64,000 nt of DNA from an uncultured Bifidobacteriaceae bacterium (lineage in GTDB: Bacteria > Actinomycetota > Acidimicrobiia > IMCC26256 > PALSA-555), in NCBI GenBank assembly GCA_964532485.1, contig CAZHKE010000008.1, forward strand, positions 745 to 64,744, written 5' to 3'. The notes beneath the pieces were generated by a model, which was given only the letters and a program-made list of their open reading frames with translations, was not told the origin of the DNA and searched no databases. The position numbers and the translations under genes were made by a program. Each line of letters begins with the position of its first letter. The stretch's first letter is position 1. Shown here piece after piece: positions 54,955-64,000 of this stretch.

Positions 54955-56622
54955 TTGTCGCACGACGTCGTGATCCGCGGAGGGACGGTCGTCGACGGCG
55001 CCGGGGCGCCGGGCCGGCGTGCCGACGTGGCCATCGACGGTGACCGCATCGCCGAGATCGGTGACGGGCTCACCGGCGCGCGCGAGCTCGACGCGTCGGG
55101 GCAGGTCGTGTCCCCCGGCTTCATCGACATCCACACCCACTACGACGCGCAGGTCTTCTGGGACCCGGCCCTCACCCCGTCCTCCTGGCACGGGGTCACC
55201 TCCGTCGTCGCCGGCAACTGCGGCTTCTCGATCGCTCCGTGTCGCCCCGAGCACCGCGAGCTCATCGGGCGCACGCTGCAGCACGTCGAGGACATGAGCC
55301 TGCCCACGTTGCAGGCAGGCATCCCCTGGGACTTCGAGTCGTTCCCGGAGTACCTGTCCTCGGTCGCGCGACGCGGCACGACGCTCAACTTCACCGCGTA
55401 CATCGGCCACACCGCGCTGCGCCTCTTCGTGATGGGCGACGCGGGGTACGAGCGCGAGCAGCCGACCGATGCCGAGCTCCAGCAGATGGCCGCGCTCGTG
55501 GGCGACGCAGTGCAGGCGGGCGCGGCGGGGTTCGCGTCGAGCTCCGCGCCGACCCACAACGGCGACGGTGGTCGCCCGGTGCCGTCGCGCCTCGCGAGCG
55601 CGGCGGAGCTCGAGGCGCTCCTCGGGCCGCTGCGGGACCTCGACGCAGGGGTGGGCGCGTTCACGCCGGGCGAGCGCGTCTCGCACGCCGACGTCTACGA
55701 GCTCCAGCGTCGGATCGGGCGTCCGTTCACGTGGACCGCGCTGCTCACCTTCCAGGGGTCGTCGTTCGCGACCGACCGCGCCGCCAAGAACGCGACCGAG
55801 CGAGCCGCAGGCGTCGACGTGTGGCCGCAGATCACGTGCCGACCGCTGACGTTCCAGATGACGATGGCCGACCCGTTCACGTTCAACATGCAACCGGCGT
55901 TCAAGGCGCTGATGGACCGCCCCGTCGAGGAGAGGCTGGCCGCGTATCGCGACTCGGAGTGGCGGCGCCACGCGCAGGAAGAGCTCGACCACGCGCCGCT
56001 GTTCCGCGTGAACTGGGACCGGCTCACGGTCGCGGAATGCCCGGGGCAGCCCGAGCTCGAGGGGCGAAGCCTGGCCGACCTCGCGGCCGAGCGGGGCGAG
56101 GAGCCGCTCACCACGATGCTCGCGATCGCGGGAGAAGACCTCTCGGCACGCTTCGGCAGCGTGCTCGCGAACAACGATCCGGAGCAGATCGAGAAGCTGC
56201 TCCAGCAGGACGGGCTGCTGATCGGGCTGTCCGATGCCGGCGCCCACGTGTCGCAGCTCTGCGACGCCTGCCTGCCCACGGACCTGCTCGGCAACTGGGT
56301 GCGCGAGCGCGAGGTGCTGACGCTCGAGCGCGCAGTCCACAAGCTCACGGGTGAGCCGGCAGCCGTGTTCGGCTTCGACGACCGGGGTGAGCTCGTACCC
56401 GGCAAGCTCGCCGACGTGACCGTGTTCGATCCGGCCACCGTCGGGCCCGGCAAGCTGCGCCGCGTGCAGGACTTCCCCGCGGACGGCGAACGGCTCGTCG
56501 CCGACGATCCGTCGGGCGTGACACACGTGCTCGTCAACGGCACACCGATCCGTGCCGACGGTGAGCCCGAAGCCGACGGCGTCGCGGCGCGACCCGGACG
56601 CTTGCTCCGGAACGCCGGGTGA
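54955..56622 (+). CDS. N-acyl-D-amino-acid deacylase (D-aminoacylase) family amidohydrolase
   Basis: TTG at 54955, 8 nt after GGAGGAG; VVIRGGTVVDGAG...SPGFIDIHTHYD...GVTSVVAGNCG. Confidence 0.85.
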   Translation: MSHDVVIRGGTVVDGAGAPGRRADVAIDGDRIAEIGDGLTGARELDASGQVVSPGFIDIHTHYDAQVFWDPALTPSSWHGVTSVVAGNCGFSIAPCRPEHRELIGRTLQHVEDMSLPTLQAGIPWDFESFPEYLSSVARRGTTLNFTAYIGHTALRLFVMGDAGYEREQPTDAELQQMAALVGDAVQAGAAGFASSSAPTHNGDGGRPVPSRLASAAELEALLGPLRDLDAGVGAFTPGERVSHADVYELQRRIGRPFTWTALLTFQGSSFATDRAAKNATERAAGVDVWPQITCRPLTFQMTMADPFTFNMQPAFKALMDRPVEERLAAYRDSEWRRHAQEELDHAPLFRVNWDRLTVAECPGQPELEGRSLADLAAERGEEPLTTMLAIAGEDLSARFGSVLANNDPEQIEKLLQQDGLLIGLSDAGAHVSQLCDACLPTDLLGNWVREREVLTLERAVHKLTGEPAAVFGFDDRGELVPGKLADVTVFDPATVGPGKLRRVQDFPADGERLVADDPSGVTHVLVNGTPIRADGEPEADGVAARPGRLLRNAG

Positions 56623-58226
56623 CCGCGGCGTCGACCGCCGCGTCATCCGACCTCGACGACATCACTCCCCCGACCGATCGGCGGAGCCGGCCCGCGATCG
56701 TCGCCCCGGTCGTCGTGCTCGCCATCGCCGCGGTCGTCGTCATCGTGGCCTCGAGCGGCACGACGTTCTTCTTCGACGAGTGGATCTGGATCATGCAGCG
56801 GCGCTCGTTCGGCGCCACGAGCCTGCTCGAACCGTTCAACAACCACCTCATGGCGCTGCCGATCGCCACCTACCAGCTGCTGTACCGGCTCGTCGGGCTC
56901 GACTCACCGGTGCCGTATCGGATCGTGCTGCTCGCCGGCCACCTCGCGACGTGCGGCCTGCTGTACGTCTACCTGCGCCGACGCATCGGCTGGGCGCTCG
57001 CCCTCGCGGGTGCCGCGGCGCTGGCCTTCTTCGGGTACACGTGGCCCGTCATCATCTGGCCGATCTCGCTCGGCTGGGTGTACGCCACCACTGCCGGCAT
57101 CGGCGCGCTGCTGCTCGTCGACCGCGACACCCGAAGGTCCGACGCGGGCGCGATGGTCGCACTGCTCGTCGGCATCGCGTCGAGCGGCATCGCGGTGCCG
57201 TTCGTGATCGGCATGGGTGTCGAGCTCACGCTACGTCGGACCTGGCGCCGCATCTACGTCGCGATCGCGCCGCTCGTCGTGTTCGGCGCGTGGTACCTCG
57301 CCTATGGCACCGGCACCTCCGACAGTGGCTCGGCCGGGGATGTCGTCGAGTTCGGTGAGAAGCTGCTGGCGCAGACGTTCGGGACGCTCCTCGGCGTCGA
57401 TGATCGCGGCACGGCCGCGCACGTCGTGCTCGCGGTCGGGTTCGTGGCGATCGTCGTGCTGTGGCTCGCGTTGGGGCGTCCGCACGGGCCGAGACTCGTG
57501 GGCAACGCGGCCGCGCTGGCGTCGTTCACCCTCCTGCTCAGCTACTCGCGCGCGACCAGCGGGCTGACGCAGTGGCACTCGTACGCGGCGGGGGTGTTCG
57601 TGCTGCTGACGCTCGGCGAGCTGATCGCGGGCCGGACGGTCGGTGTCGTCCCCACGGCCGCGGTGCTGGGGGTCGTGGCGTGGTCGATCGTGTGGAACCT
57701 CGGTGAGCTGGCCGACGGCGCCGACCTGCAGCGACGGCGTGCGGAGGAGATGCGGGCGCAGCTGGCCGCGGTCGAGCTCGCGGGACGATCCGTCGACCAG
57801 GACGTGAGGGTCGGGCGCTTCCTGCTCGAGACCCGGGCCGGACCGTGGCTCGACGTGGCCGCCGAGTATGGATCCCCGGCGTACTCGCTCGACGAGCTGC
57901 GCGACGCTCCGTTGCATGCTCGGCGGGCGGCCGAGCACATCCTGGTCGACGCCACCGACCTCTCGGTCGACGGGACGAGGGCGCCCGGCGTCTGCAGCGC
58001 AGACCCCGACAGCGAGCTCCCGACGGGCCCGCTCGAGGTGACGCTGCAGGGAACCCCGACCGGCGGCGAGGTCCGCGCCGGAGTGCTGACCTCGGGACGG
58101 CCGGTCGGGATCGTCGAACCGGGTCAGCGTGTGAGCCTCCTGCTCCCCGGGCTCGCGCAGGGCGCTCGGTGGCGCCTCGAGCTCGACGACAGCGCCGTGC
58201 TCTGCGCGGTCACGCCGGCTTCCTGA
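56619..58226 (+). CDS. polytopic membrane protein with C-terminal soluble domain (uncharacterised, GT-C-like layout)
   Basis: 535 aa; GTG overlaps the deacylase stop (GTGA); first loop FFFDEWIWIMQRR; about 10 TM segments. Confidence 0.6.
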   Translation: MTAASTAASSDLDDITPPTDRRSRPAIVAPVVVLAIAAVVVIVASSGTTFFFDEWIWIMQRRSFGATSLLEPFNNHLMALPIATYQLLYRLVGLDSPVPYRIVLLAGHLATCGLLYVYLRRRIGWALALAGAAALAFFGYTWPVIIWPISLGWVYATTAGIGALLLVDRDTRRSDAGAMVALLVGIASSGIAVPFVIGMGVELTLRRTWRRIYVAIAPLVVFGAWYLAYGTGTSDSGSAGDVVEFGEKLLAQTFGTLLGVDDRGTAAHVVLAVGFVAIVVLWLALGRPHGPRLVGNAAALASFTLLLSYSRATSGLTQWHSYAAGVFVLLTLGELIAGRTVGVVPTAAVLGVVAWSIVWNLGELADGADLQRRRAEEMRAQLAAVELAGRSVDQDVRVGRFLLETRAGPWLDVAAEYGSPAYSLDELRDAPLHARRAAEHILVDATDLSVDGTRAPGVCSADPDSELPTGPLEVTLQGTPTGGEVRAGVLTSGRPVGIVEPGQRVSLLLPGLAQGARWRLELDDSAVLCAVTPAS

Positions 58227-58280
58227 GCAGCTGCACGCCGGACGCTGCACGGGGGTCGCGGGATCTGTGAGAGTTGGAAC

Positions 58281-60086
58281 ATGACGCTCACGTCAGATCG
58301 GTACCCGGACACCGGCGCCGGGATCGACGTCGTCACCGCCGAGGTCATCCGCTCCGCCATGGAGACGGTGTGCTTCGAGATGGCGACGTTCGTCTCCCGC
58401 ACCGCGACGACGCCCATCCTCAACCAGTCGAACGAGCGCAACGCGACGATCCTCGACGGGCGGGGGCGTCTCGCCGCGCTGTCGGTCGGGATCCCGCAGT
58501 TCATGCTGTCGTCGACGCTGCCCGTCCGCTTCTGCCTCGAGTTCCTGGAAGGCGAGCTGTACCCGGGGGACGTGCTGGTCGCGAACGACCCGTACCACGG
58601 CGGCGGGCACCTGCCCGACTTCAACGTGTTCTCACCGGTGTTCACCGACCCCGACTCCGAGGATGGGGGCGAGCTCCTGCTCGTCGCCTCGATCCAGTGC
58701 CACCACGGCGACACGGGCGGCGCGCTCGCGGGTGGCTACAACGTCTACGCGAAGGACATCTGGTCGGAGGGCACCCGCTACCCCCTGCTGAAGATCATCG
58801 AAGCGGGCAAGGAACGACGCGACGTCGTGCTCACGATGCGCGCCAACAACCGGCTGGCCGGCTTCATCGGCGACCTGCGCGCCCAGGTCGGAGCAGCACA
58901 GCTCGGCGCGGCCCGCTTGGGCGAGCTCATCTCGACCTACGGCGCCGACGCGGTGCGCGCCGCCGTCGACTGGACCATCGACGACACGCAACGACGGTTC
59001 AAGGAAGAGATCGCGCGGTGGCCCGACGGGACGTACGAGGCCGACGCGTACGTCGACTCCGACCCCGCGGGCAACACCGACATCCATGTGCACGTCGCGG
59101 TCACGGTCGACGGCGACGACCTGATCGTCGACTTCGCGGGCTCCGACGACCGTCCCGACATCAACGCGTGGTCGACGTTCGGGAACACGCGCGGGTACAC
59201 GATCGCTCAGCTGGCGAGCCTCGTCGACCCGAGCATCCCGAAGAACGAGGGGTTCTTCGACTGCATCGACCTGCGGGTTCCCGAGGGCACGTGTGTCAAC
59301 CCTGTCGAGGGGAAGCCGGTGAGCGCAGGGACGCACCACCCGGGCGTCGAGGTGGGCGACGCGATCGCGCTCGCGATGTCGCAGATCATCCCCGATCGCT
59401 GCGCGCCGCAGACGTACAAGTACGGCGCTCCCCGCCAGATGTGGGGCGATCTCGACCCGCGCACCGGCAAGCCGTTCTTCGACCACGGTGGCGAGGTCAA
59501 CGCGGGTTGGGTGAACGCGGTGAAGGGGGTCGACGGCTGGGGTGCCCTGGTGTCGTCCAACGGCAACCTCATCAAGGCGGCAGCGGAGATCAACGAGTCG
59601 CTGTTCCCGCACGTCCTGCGGTCGCGCAACTACCTCACCGACTCCGGCGGTGCGGGCCGCTGGCGCGGCGGGTGCGGCTCCGACTTCGTGAAGGAGGTGC
59701 GGACCCCGACGAGCGTCAACCAGTACGTCGTGAACCAGCACCACCTGCATCCCGGCATCGCGGGCGGCCGGCCCGGCAGCCCCGACTCGTGCGTGATCGC
59801 CGAGGGCACCGAGCGCGAGGTCGTCGTGGCGCCGACCGTCGCCGGCGTCGGCATGGACGCGGGCGACCGGCTCCGATACCGCTTCGGAGGCGGTGGCGGC
59901 TGGGGTGACCCGCTCGATCGCGACCCGCGGGCGGTGCTCGACGACGTGTGGGACGAGTACGTGTCGGTCGGCGCGGCGCGCGACGAGTACGGCGTCGTGA
60001 TCACCGGCTCCGTCGCCGACATGACCCTCGCCCTCGACGCCGACGCGACCGAGCAGCTCCGCGCGGAGATGCGAGCCGCCCGGTGA
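58281..60086 (+). CDS. hydantoinase B/oxoprolinase family protein
   Basis: 601 aa; DVVTAEVIRSAMETVCFEM...NDPYHGGGHLPD. Confidence 0.9.
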   Translation: MTLTSDRYPDTGAGIDVVTAEVIRSAMETVCFEMATFVSRTATTPILNQSNERNATILDGRGRLAALSVGIPQFMLSSTLPVRFCLEFLEGELYPGDVLVANDPYHGGGHLPDFNVFSPVFTDPDSEDGGELLLVASIQCHHGDTGGALAGGYNVYAKDIWSEGTRYPLLKIIEAGKERRDVVLTMRANNRLAGFIGDLRAQVGAAQLGAARLGELISTYGADAVRAAVDWTIDDTQRRFKEEIARWPDGTYEADAYVDSDPAGNTDIHVHVAVTVDGDDLIVDFAGSDDRPDINAWSTFGNTRGYTIAQLASLVDPSIPKNEGFFDCIDLRVPEGTCVNPVEGKPVSAGTHHPGVEVGDAIALAMSQIIPDRCAPQTYKYGAPRQMWGDLDPRTGKPFFDHGGEVNAGWVNAVKGVDGWGALVSSNGNLIKAAAEINESLFPHVLRSRNYLTDSGGAGRWRGGCGSDFVKEVRTPTSVNQYVVNQHHLHPGIAGGRPGSPDSCVIAEGTEREVVVAPTVAGVGMDAGDRLRYRFGGGGGWGDPLDRDPRAVLDDVWDEYVSVGAARDEYGVVITGSVADMTLALDADATEQLRAEMRAAR

Positions 60087-60098
60087 GCACGTCTGCAT

Positions 60099-60141
60099 CC
60101 TGGTTGCGTCTCTCACCCGCGTATTTCACGGTGAGGGACGC
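60099..60141 (+). repeat. 43-bp palindromic repeat, copy 6, forward
   Basis: CTGGTTGCGTCTCTCACCCGCGTATTTCACGGTGAGGGACGCA, between the hyuB-like stop (60086) and the hyuA-like GTG (60148). Confidence 0.9.
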
Positions 60142-60147
60142 ATCAAC

Positions 60148-62211
60148 GTGACCGGGTTCAGAATCGGCGTCGACGTCGGTGGCACCTTCACCGACCTCGT
60201 GCTCGTGCGGCCCGACGGGCAGGTCGTGCTGGAGAAGACGCCGACCACACCGGCCGACCAGTCCGACGGCGTGCTCGCCGGACTCGGTCGCCTCGCCGAC
60301 GCCGAGGGCATCTCGCTCGAGGCGCTGGCGCAGCGGACGTCGTCGATCGTCCACGGCACCACGGCCGGTGACAACACGATGATCCAGATGTCGGGCGCAC
60401 CGACCGGCCTGCTCGTCACGCAGGGCTTCCGCGACGAGATCGAGCTGCGCCGCTGCTACAAGGAGGACATCTGGGATCCGGCGTACCCGGCACCCGAGCC
60501 CATCGCACGCCGGCGCGTGCGGCTCGAGATCCCCGAGCGGCTCACCGCCGAGGGCGATGTCGACACCCCCCTCGACGAGCAGGCGGTGCGCGCCGCGACG
60601 CGGCGTCTGCGCGACTTCGGGGTCACGTCCATCGCCGTCGTCTTCTTGCACTCGTACGTCAACCCCGCCCACGAGCTACGAGCGCGGGCACTCATCCTCG
60701 ACGAGTACCCCGACGTGGAGCTCGTCTCGCTCTCGCACGAGGTGTACCCGAAGCCGCCGGAGTTCGAGCGGACGTCGACGACGCTGGTGAGCGCGTACGT
60801 CGGTCCACCGATCGTGCGCTACCTGTCACGGCTCGAATCGCGGCTGAAGGAGTCGGGGTACGCCAACGAGCTGCTCATCGCCACGTGTGCCGGCGGTGTC
60901 GCCACCCCCGACGCGATCGGTCAGCGGGCCGTCGCGACCATCGGCTCCGGCCCGACGGGTGGTGTCGTCGCGGCCGCCCGCGCCGCACGCGAGGCCGGCC
61001 TGGGCGACCTCGTCTCCGTCGACATGGGAGGCACGAGCTATGACGTCTGCCTCATCCGAGGCGGGCACCCGGAGCTGACGAGCGACTGGAACTGGCGGCA
61101 CCGCTACTGCATCGCGCTCCCGATGGTCGACATCCACGCCATCGGTGCCGGCGGCGGGTCGATCGCCCGCGTCGACCGCGGCGGGCTGCACGTCGGGCCC
61201 GAGTCGGCCGGCAGCGAGCCGGGGCCCGTCTGCTATGGGCTCGGCGGCACGCAGCCGACGGTGACGGACGCCGACCTCGTCCTCGGCCGGCTCGACCCGA
61301 GCGGCTTCTGGGGCGGCCGACGCACGTTGGACGTCGACGGTGCTCGTTCGGCGCTCGGGCGCCTGAGCGCCGAGCTCGGTGGTGATGTAGAAGACGCCGC
61401 GGTCGCCGTGGTCCGCCTCGTCGACGCGCACATGACCGATGCCGTGCGGCGCGTGCTCGCGCTGGCAGGCGCGGACGCCCGCCATCTCGCGCTGTGCGCG
61501 TTCGGCGGCATGGGCGCGGTGCACGCGACCACGCAGGCCGCCGCGCTCGGCATGGCCAAGGTCGTCGTGCCGCGTGCCGCGCCGGGTCTGTCGGCGCTCG
61601 GGTTGGTCAGCGCCGATCACGTCATCGACCTCACGCGCGCGCACATCTCCGACTGGCGGACGCTCGACCTCGCCCAGTTCAACGCCCTCGCCGACGACCT
61701 CGAGGCCGCCGGCCGGGCCGAGCTCGGTGCCGCCGGTGTGCCCGACGAACGGCTCCGGTTCGAATGGCGACTCAACCTCGTCTACCCCGGTCAGACGTTC
61801 GACAACGCACTCCCCCTCGAGCGTGAGCCGGGCGTGCCGATCACCGCCGCCGCGGTCGAGGCCACGGTCGAGGAGTTCCACCGGCGCAACGAGGAGGCCC
61901 GCCTCATCGAGGCGCGCTCCCAGGAGCCGATGGTGCGCGGCATCCGGCTGATCGCGACCGGGCTCGTCGAACGCCCCGCGCAGGTCGAGCTCGCGCCCTC
62001 GGATCGGGCGCCCGCGCCGATCGGGCGCCGCCGCGCGCACCTCGGCGGCGACTGGCACGACGCACCCGTGTACGACGGCCTCGTCCTCCGACCCGGTCCT
62101 GCGGTGACCGGCCCCGCGCTCGTCGCTTACCCGTTCACGACGCTCGCCCTGCGCCCCGGCGACGTCGCGCACGTCCTGCCGAGCGGCGACCTCCTCGTGG
62201 ACGTCGCCTGA
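60148..62211 (+). CDS. hydantoinase A/oxoprolinase family protein
   Basis: 687 aa; GTG start; FRIGVDVGGTFTDLVL N-terminus, DMGGTSYDV. Confidence 0.9.
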   Translation: MTGFRIGVDVGGTFTDLVLVRPDGQVVLEKTPTTPADQSDGVLAGLGRLADAEGISLEALAQRTSSIVHGTTAGDNTMIQMSGAPTGLLVTQGFRDEIELRRCYKEDIWDPAYPAPEPIARRRVRLEIPERLTAEGDVDTPLDEQAVRAATRRLRDFGVTSIAVVFLHSYVNPAHELRARALILDEYPDVELVSLSHEVYPKPPEFERTSTTLVSAYVGPPIVRYLSRLESRLKESGYANELLIATCAGGVATPDAIGQRAVATIGSGPTGGVVAAARAAREAGLGDLVSVDMGGTSYDVCLIRGGHPELTSDWNWRHRYCIALPMVDIHAIGAGGGSIARVDRGGLHVGPESAGSEPGPVCYGLGGTQPTVTDADLVLGRLDPSGFWGGRRTLDVDGARSALGRLSAELGGDVEDAAVAVVRLVDAHMTDAVRRVLALAGADARHLALCAFGGMGAVHATTQAAALGMAKVVVPRAAPGLSALGLVSADHVIDLTRAHISDWRTLDLAQFNALADDLEAAGRAELGAAGVPDERLRFEWRLNLVYPGQTFDNALPLEREPGVPITAAAVEATVEEFHRRNEEARLIEARSQEPMVRGIRLIATGLVERPAQVELAPSDRAPAPIGRRRAHLGGDWHDAPVYDGLVLRPGPAVTGPALVAYPFTTLALRPGDVAHVLPSGDLLVDVA

Positions 62212-62212
62212 C

Positions 62213-63916
62213 CTAGGGGCGCGGCAGCTCGTAGAGCAGGTCGGGGCCGTAGCGACCGACGAGCTCGAGCGGCGAGGCCGCATCCGGATCGCGCAGGCCG
62301 GACCAGGGGGTGCCGTCGACGCTGTCGTGCACGACGACGTAGCGCACGCCGACGCGACGCAGCAGATCGATCGCGTCCGCGTCGGGGAGCGCGCGCAGCG
62401 CGCGTGACTGCCGGAGATACGACCGCGGCAGGTAGCCCGAGTAGCCGTTGGGCGTGCGGCGGTGGTGCTCGGTCGCTCCGTAGAGGTTGCGCGGCTGCGC
62501 GAAGTACCCGATGTCGACCTGGTCGGACGTGTTGAGCGGCAGATAGGCCACGCCACCCGGCGGAAGCTCCGCGAGCGCTCGGTCGACCGCAGGCACCGTC
62601 GCCGTCGGCCGATCGAACCACGGATCGAACCCCTCGAGCAGCACGAGGAGCACGACGATGGTGCCGACCACCGCCGGCACGAGCCGAGCCCGCGTCGGGA
62701 ACCGGTCCGCGAGCCACCCCGCGAACGCCTTGACGCCGATCCCCGCGAGGAGCCCGAGCCCGAGCAACCCGATCATCCACGCGCGTGCGGTGGCTCGGAG
62801 CGCGTCGAACGGCGGCACCAGCTCGTACAGCAGACGATACGGCGCGTACTGTCGCCATCCGTCACTTGCGGTCCCAATGGCGAGCGCCGCCCCCACGATG
62901 ACGAGCCCGCCGCCCGCGATCGCGGCAGTGCGAATGCGACCGCGTCGACGCCAGGCGTGCACCGCACCGGCGACGCCGAATCCGAGGAGCACGATCCCCG
63001 GGAACACGGCATTGCGCATCGTGTCGCCGTCCTCGAGCCCGAGCAGGCCGCCCCACACGACGACATCAGGCTCGGTGTGCGTGAAGTTGGCGCCCAGGGG
63101 CCCGAAGTTGTCGAGCGTGAACTCGTAGCTCGGGTCGCGGCCCGCGACGACGAGGTTGGGGATCGCCAGCAGGGCCAGCAGCACACCCGCCACTGCGAGT
63201 GCGCCGACGGCGGCGACGAGGCCGCGCCGGTCGAGTGACCGCCATCGGACGAGCAGCACGAGCACTGCCGCGACCGCGGCGTAGGTCGCTGGATAGAACG
63301 ACACGGTTCCCTGCCACGCGATCACCGCCACGAGCGCGACGGCCGGCACGCCGAGCGACCGGCGTTCGCGCGCGCGGTCGGCGAGCCACCACGCGGCCGC
63401 GGCCGCGAGCGGGACCCCGGGGCGGACCGCGACATGGACGTGCCGGACCGAGAGCGCGCCGAACGGCCCGAACGCGTAGGCCGCACCGGCGACCATGGCG
63501 ACGAGCCTCGATCCGGAGACGAGGCGAGCGAACAGGTAGGCGGCGGCGGCAGACGCGGCGAGGCCGACGATGATCGTGACGTTGAGCACACCCATAGGCG
63601 TCATGCCGAGCCACCGCAGCGGGAACGTCGGGATGGCGACGCCCATCAGGGTGTCGGAGTACGCGAGCGACGTCTGCTCCGGGGCGAAGATGTTCGCGTC
63701 GTACGGGTTCATCCCGTGTGACAGGGCGTGCTGCACCCAGTCGATCGTCCACGCCTGGAAGAGCGTGTCGATGAGGTCGCGGGCGCGTGAGTTCAGGTGC
63801 AAGACCAGCGGCCACGTGAACGCGATCGCCGCGACGAGCGATCCGACGACGACCGCGGCGGCCTCCCGAAGGGCGCGGTGGCGCGCCGAAGTGGGTGCGA
63901 CCGCGGTCTCGGTCAC
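62213..63916 (-). CDS. polytopic membrane protein with C-terminal soluble domain (uncharacterised, GT-C-like layout)
   Basis: 567 aa; GTG overlaps the upstream ACAD stop (GTGA); many TM segments; C-terminal part ...GYSGYLPRSY...VRYVVVHD. Confidence 0.6.
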   Translation of the reverse strand: MTETAVAPTSARHRALREAAAVVVGSLVAAIAFTWPLVLHLNSRARDLIDTLFQAWTIDWVQHALSHGMNPYDANIFAPEQTSLAYSDTLMGVAIPTFPLRWLGMTPMGVLNVTIIVGLAASAAAAYLFARLVSGSRLVAMVAGAAYAFGPFGALSVRHVHVAVRPGVPLAAAAAWWLADRARERRSLGVPAVALVAVIAWQGTVSFYPATYAAVAAVLVLLVRWRSLDRRGLVAAVGALAVAGVLLALLAIPNLVVAGRDPSYEFTLDNFGPLGANFTHTEPDVVVWGGLLGLEDGDTMRNAVFPGIVLLGFGVAGAVHAWRRRGRIRTAAIAGGGLVIVGAALAIGTASDGWRQYAPYRLLYELVPPFDALRATARAWMIGLLGLGLLAGIGVKAFAGWLADRFPTRARLVPAVVGTIVVLLVLLEGFDPWFDRPTATVPAVDRALAELPPGGVAYLPLNTSDQVDIGYFAQPRNLYGATEHHRRTPNGYSGYLPRSYLRQSRALRALPDADAIDLLRRVGVRYVVVHDSVDGTPWSGLRDPDAASPLELVGRYGPDLLYELPRP

Positions 63917-64000
63917 GTGCGCGGCAGGCCGAGCACGCGCTCCGCGATGATGTTGCGCTGGATCTCGCTCGTGCCGCCCGGGATCGTCCCGGAGAACGAG
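63913..64000 (-). CDS. acyl-CoA dehydrogenase, C-terminal 29 codons only (5' part outside window)
   Basis: Reverse strand reads ...SFSGTIPGGTSEIQRNIIAERVLGLPRT*, the typical ACAD C-terminus. Confidence 0.75.
   Translation of the reverse strand, partial: SFSGTIPGGTSEIQRNIIAERVLGLPRT

Noticed and set aside
1496-60141. The 43-bp palindromes as CRISPR repeats, tRNA fragments or phage att sites.
   Set aside because: Copies are dispersed kilobases apart in both orientations rather than in regularly spaced arrays. They have no cloverleaf potential, and no integrase or phage genes are adjacent.
1-64000. Search for defence systems, integrases, transposases, rRNA/tRNA genes or large non-coding regions.
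   Set aside because: None was recognised. Coding density is near-continuous, and every ORF over 150 aa in a plausible frame matches metabolic, transport or envelope functions or is a membrane protein.

Overview
Very GC-rich, gene-dense chromosomal segment of actinobacterial type. It has several F420/LLM oxidoreductases, AftD-family arabinofuranosyltransferases, many GTG starts and many GTGA/ATGA start-stop overlaps. I support 55 CDS (two cut by the window edges). I found no rRNA, tRNA, CRISPR array, integrase, prophage or recognisable defence genes. No intergenic gap exceeds about 160 bp.

Modules, left to right:
- Two tandem LLM oxidoreductases and dut.
- An oxidative-stress cluster: Fur-family regulator, rubrerythrin, CCG-type Fe-S protein, DUF3501.
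- A branched-chain amino-acid / 2-oxoacid island: Liv-type ABC transporter with a fused permease, two acyl-CoA synthetases, TetR, a four-subunit gamma-delta-alpha-beta 2-oxoacid:ferredoxin oxidoreductase, and an acyl-CoA dehydrogenase.
- A first AftD-family giant glycosyltransferase with a GT-C partner.
- A kinase + ACAD + thiolase-like + crotonase module.
- A mixed set: SRPBCC, 2-hydroxyacid dehydrogenase, class II aldolase, MBL-fold protein, PaaK-like pair.
- A roughly 16-kb cell-envelope glycan locus: second AftD paralog, GT4, GT-C, GT2+DUF2304, Ppm1, PIG-V-like enzyme, methyltransferases, F420 oxidoreductase.
- Secreted EEP protein, D-aminoacylase, hydantoinase B/A, and further polytopic membrane proteins.

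The signal least explained by ordinary annotation is a dispersed 43-bp hairpin repeat with six copies. Two outward-facing inverted copies bracket a single wHTH-DUF559 nuclease-like gene. Another inverted pair forms a gene-less 104-bp doublet. This is the REPtron/REPIN (or IS/MITE) geometry, but with a protein that is not a known transposase. The second notable feature is the density of GT-C type enzymes around two AftD paralogs.
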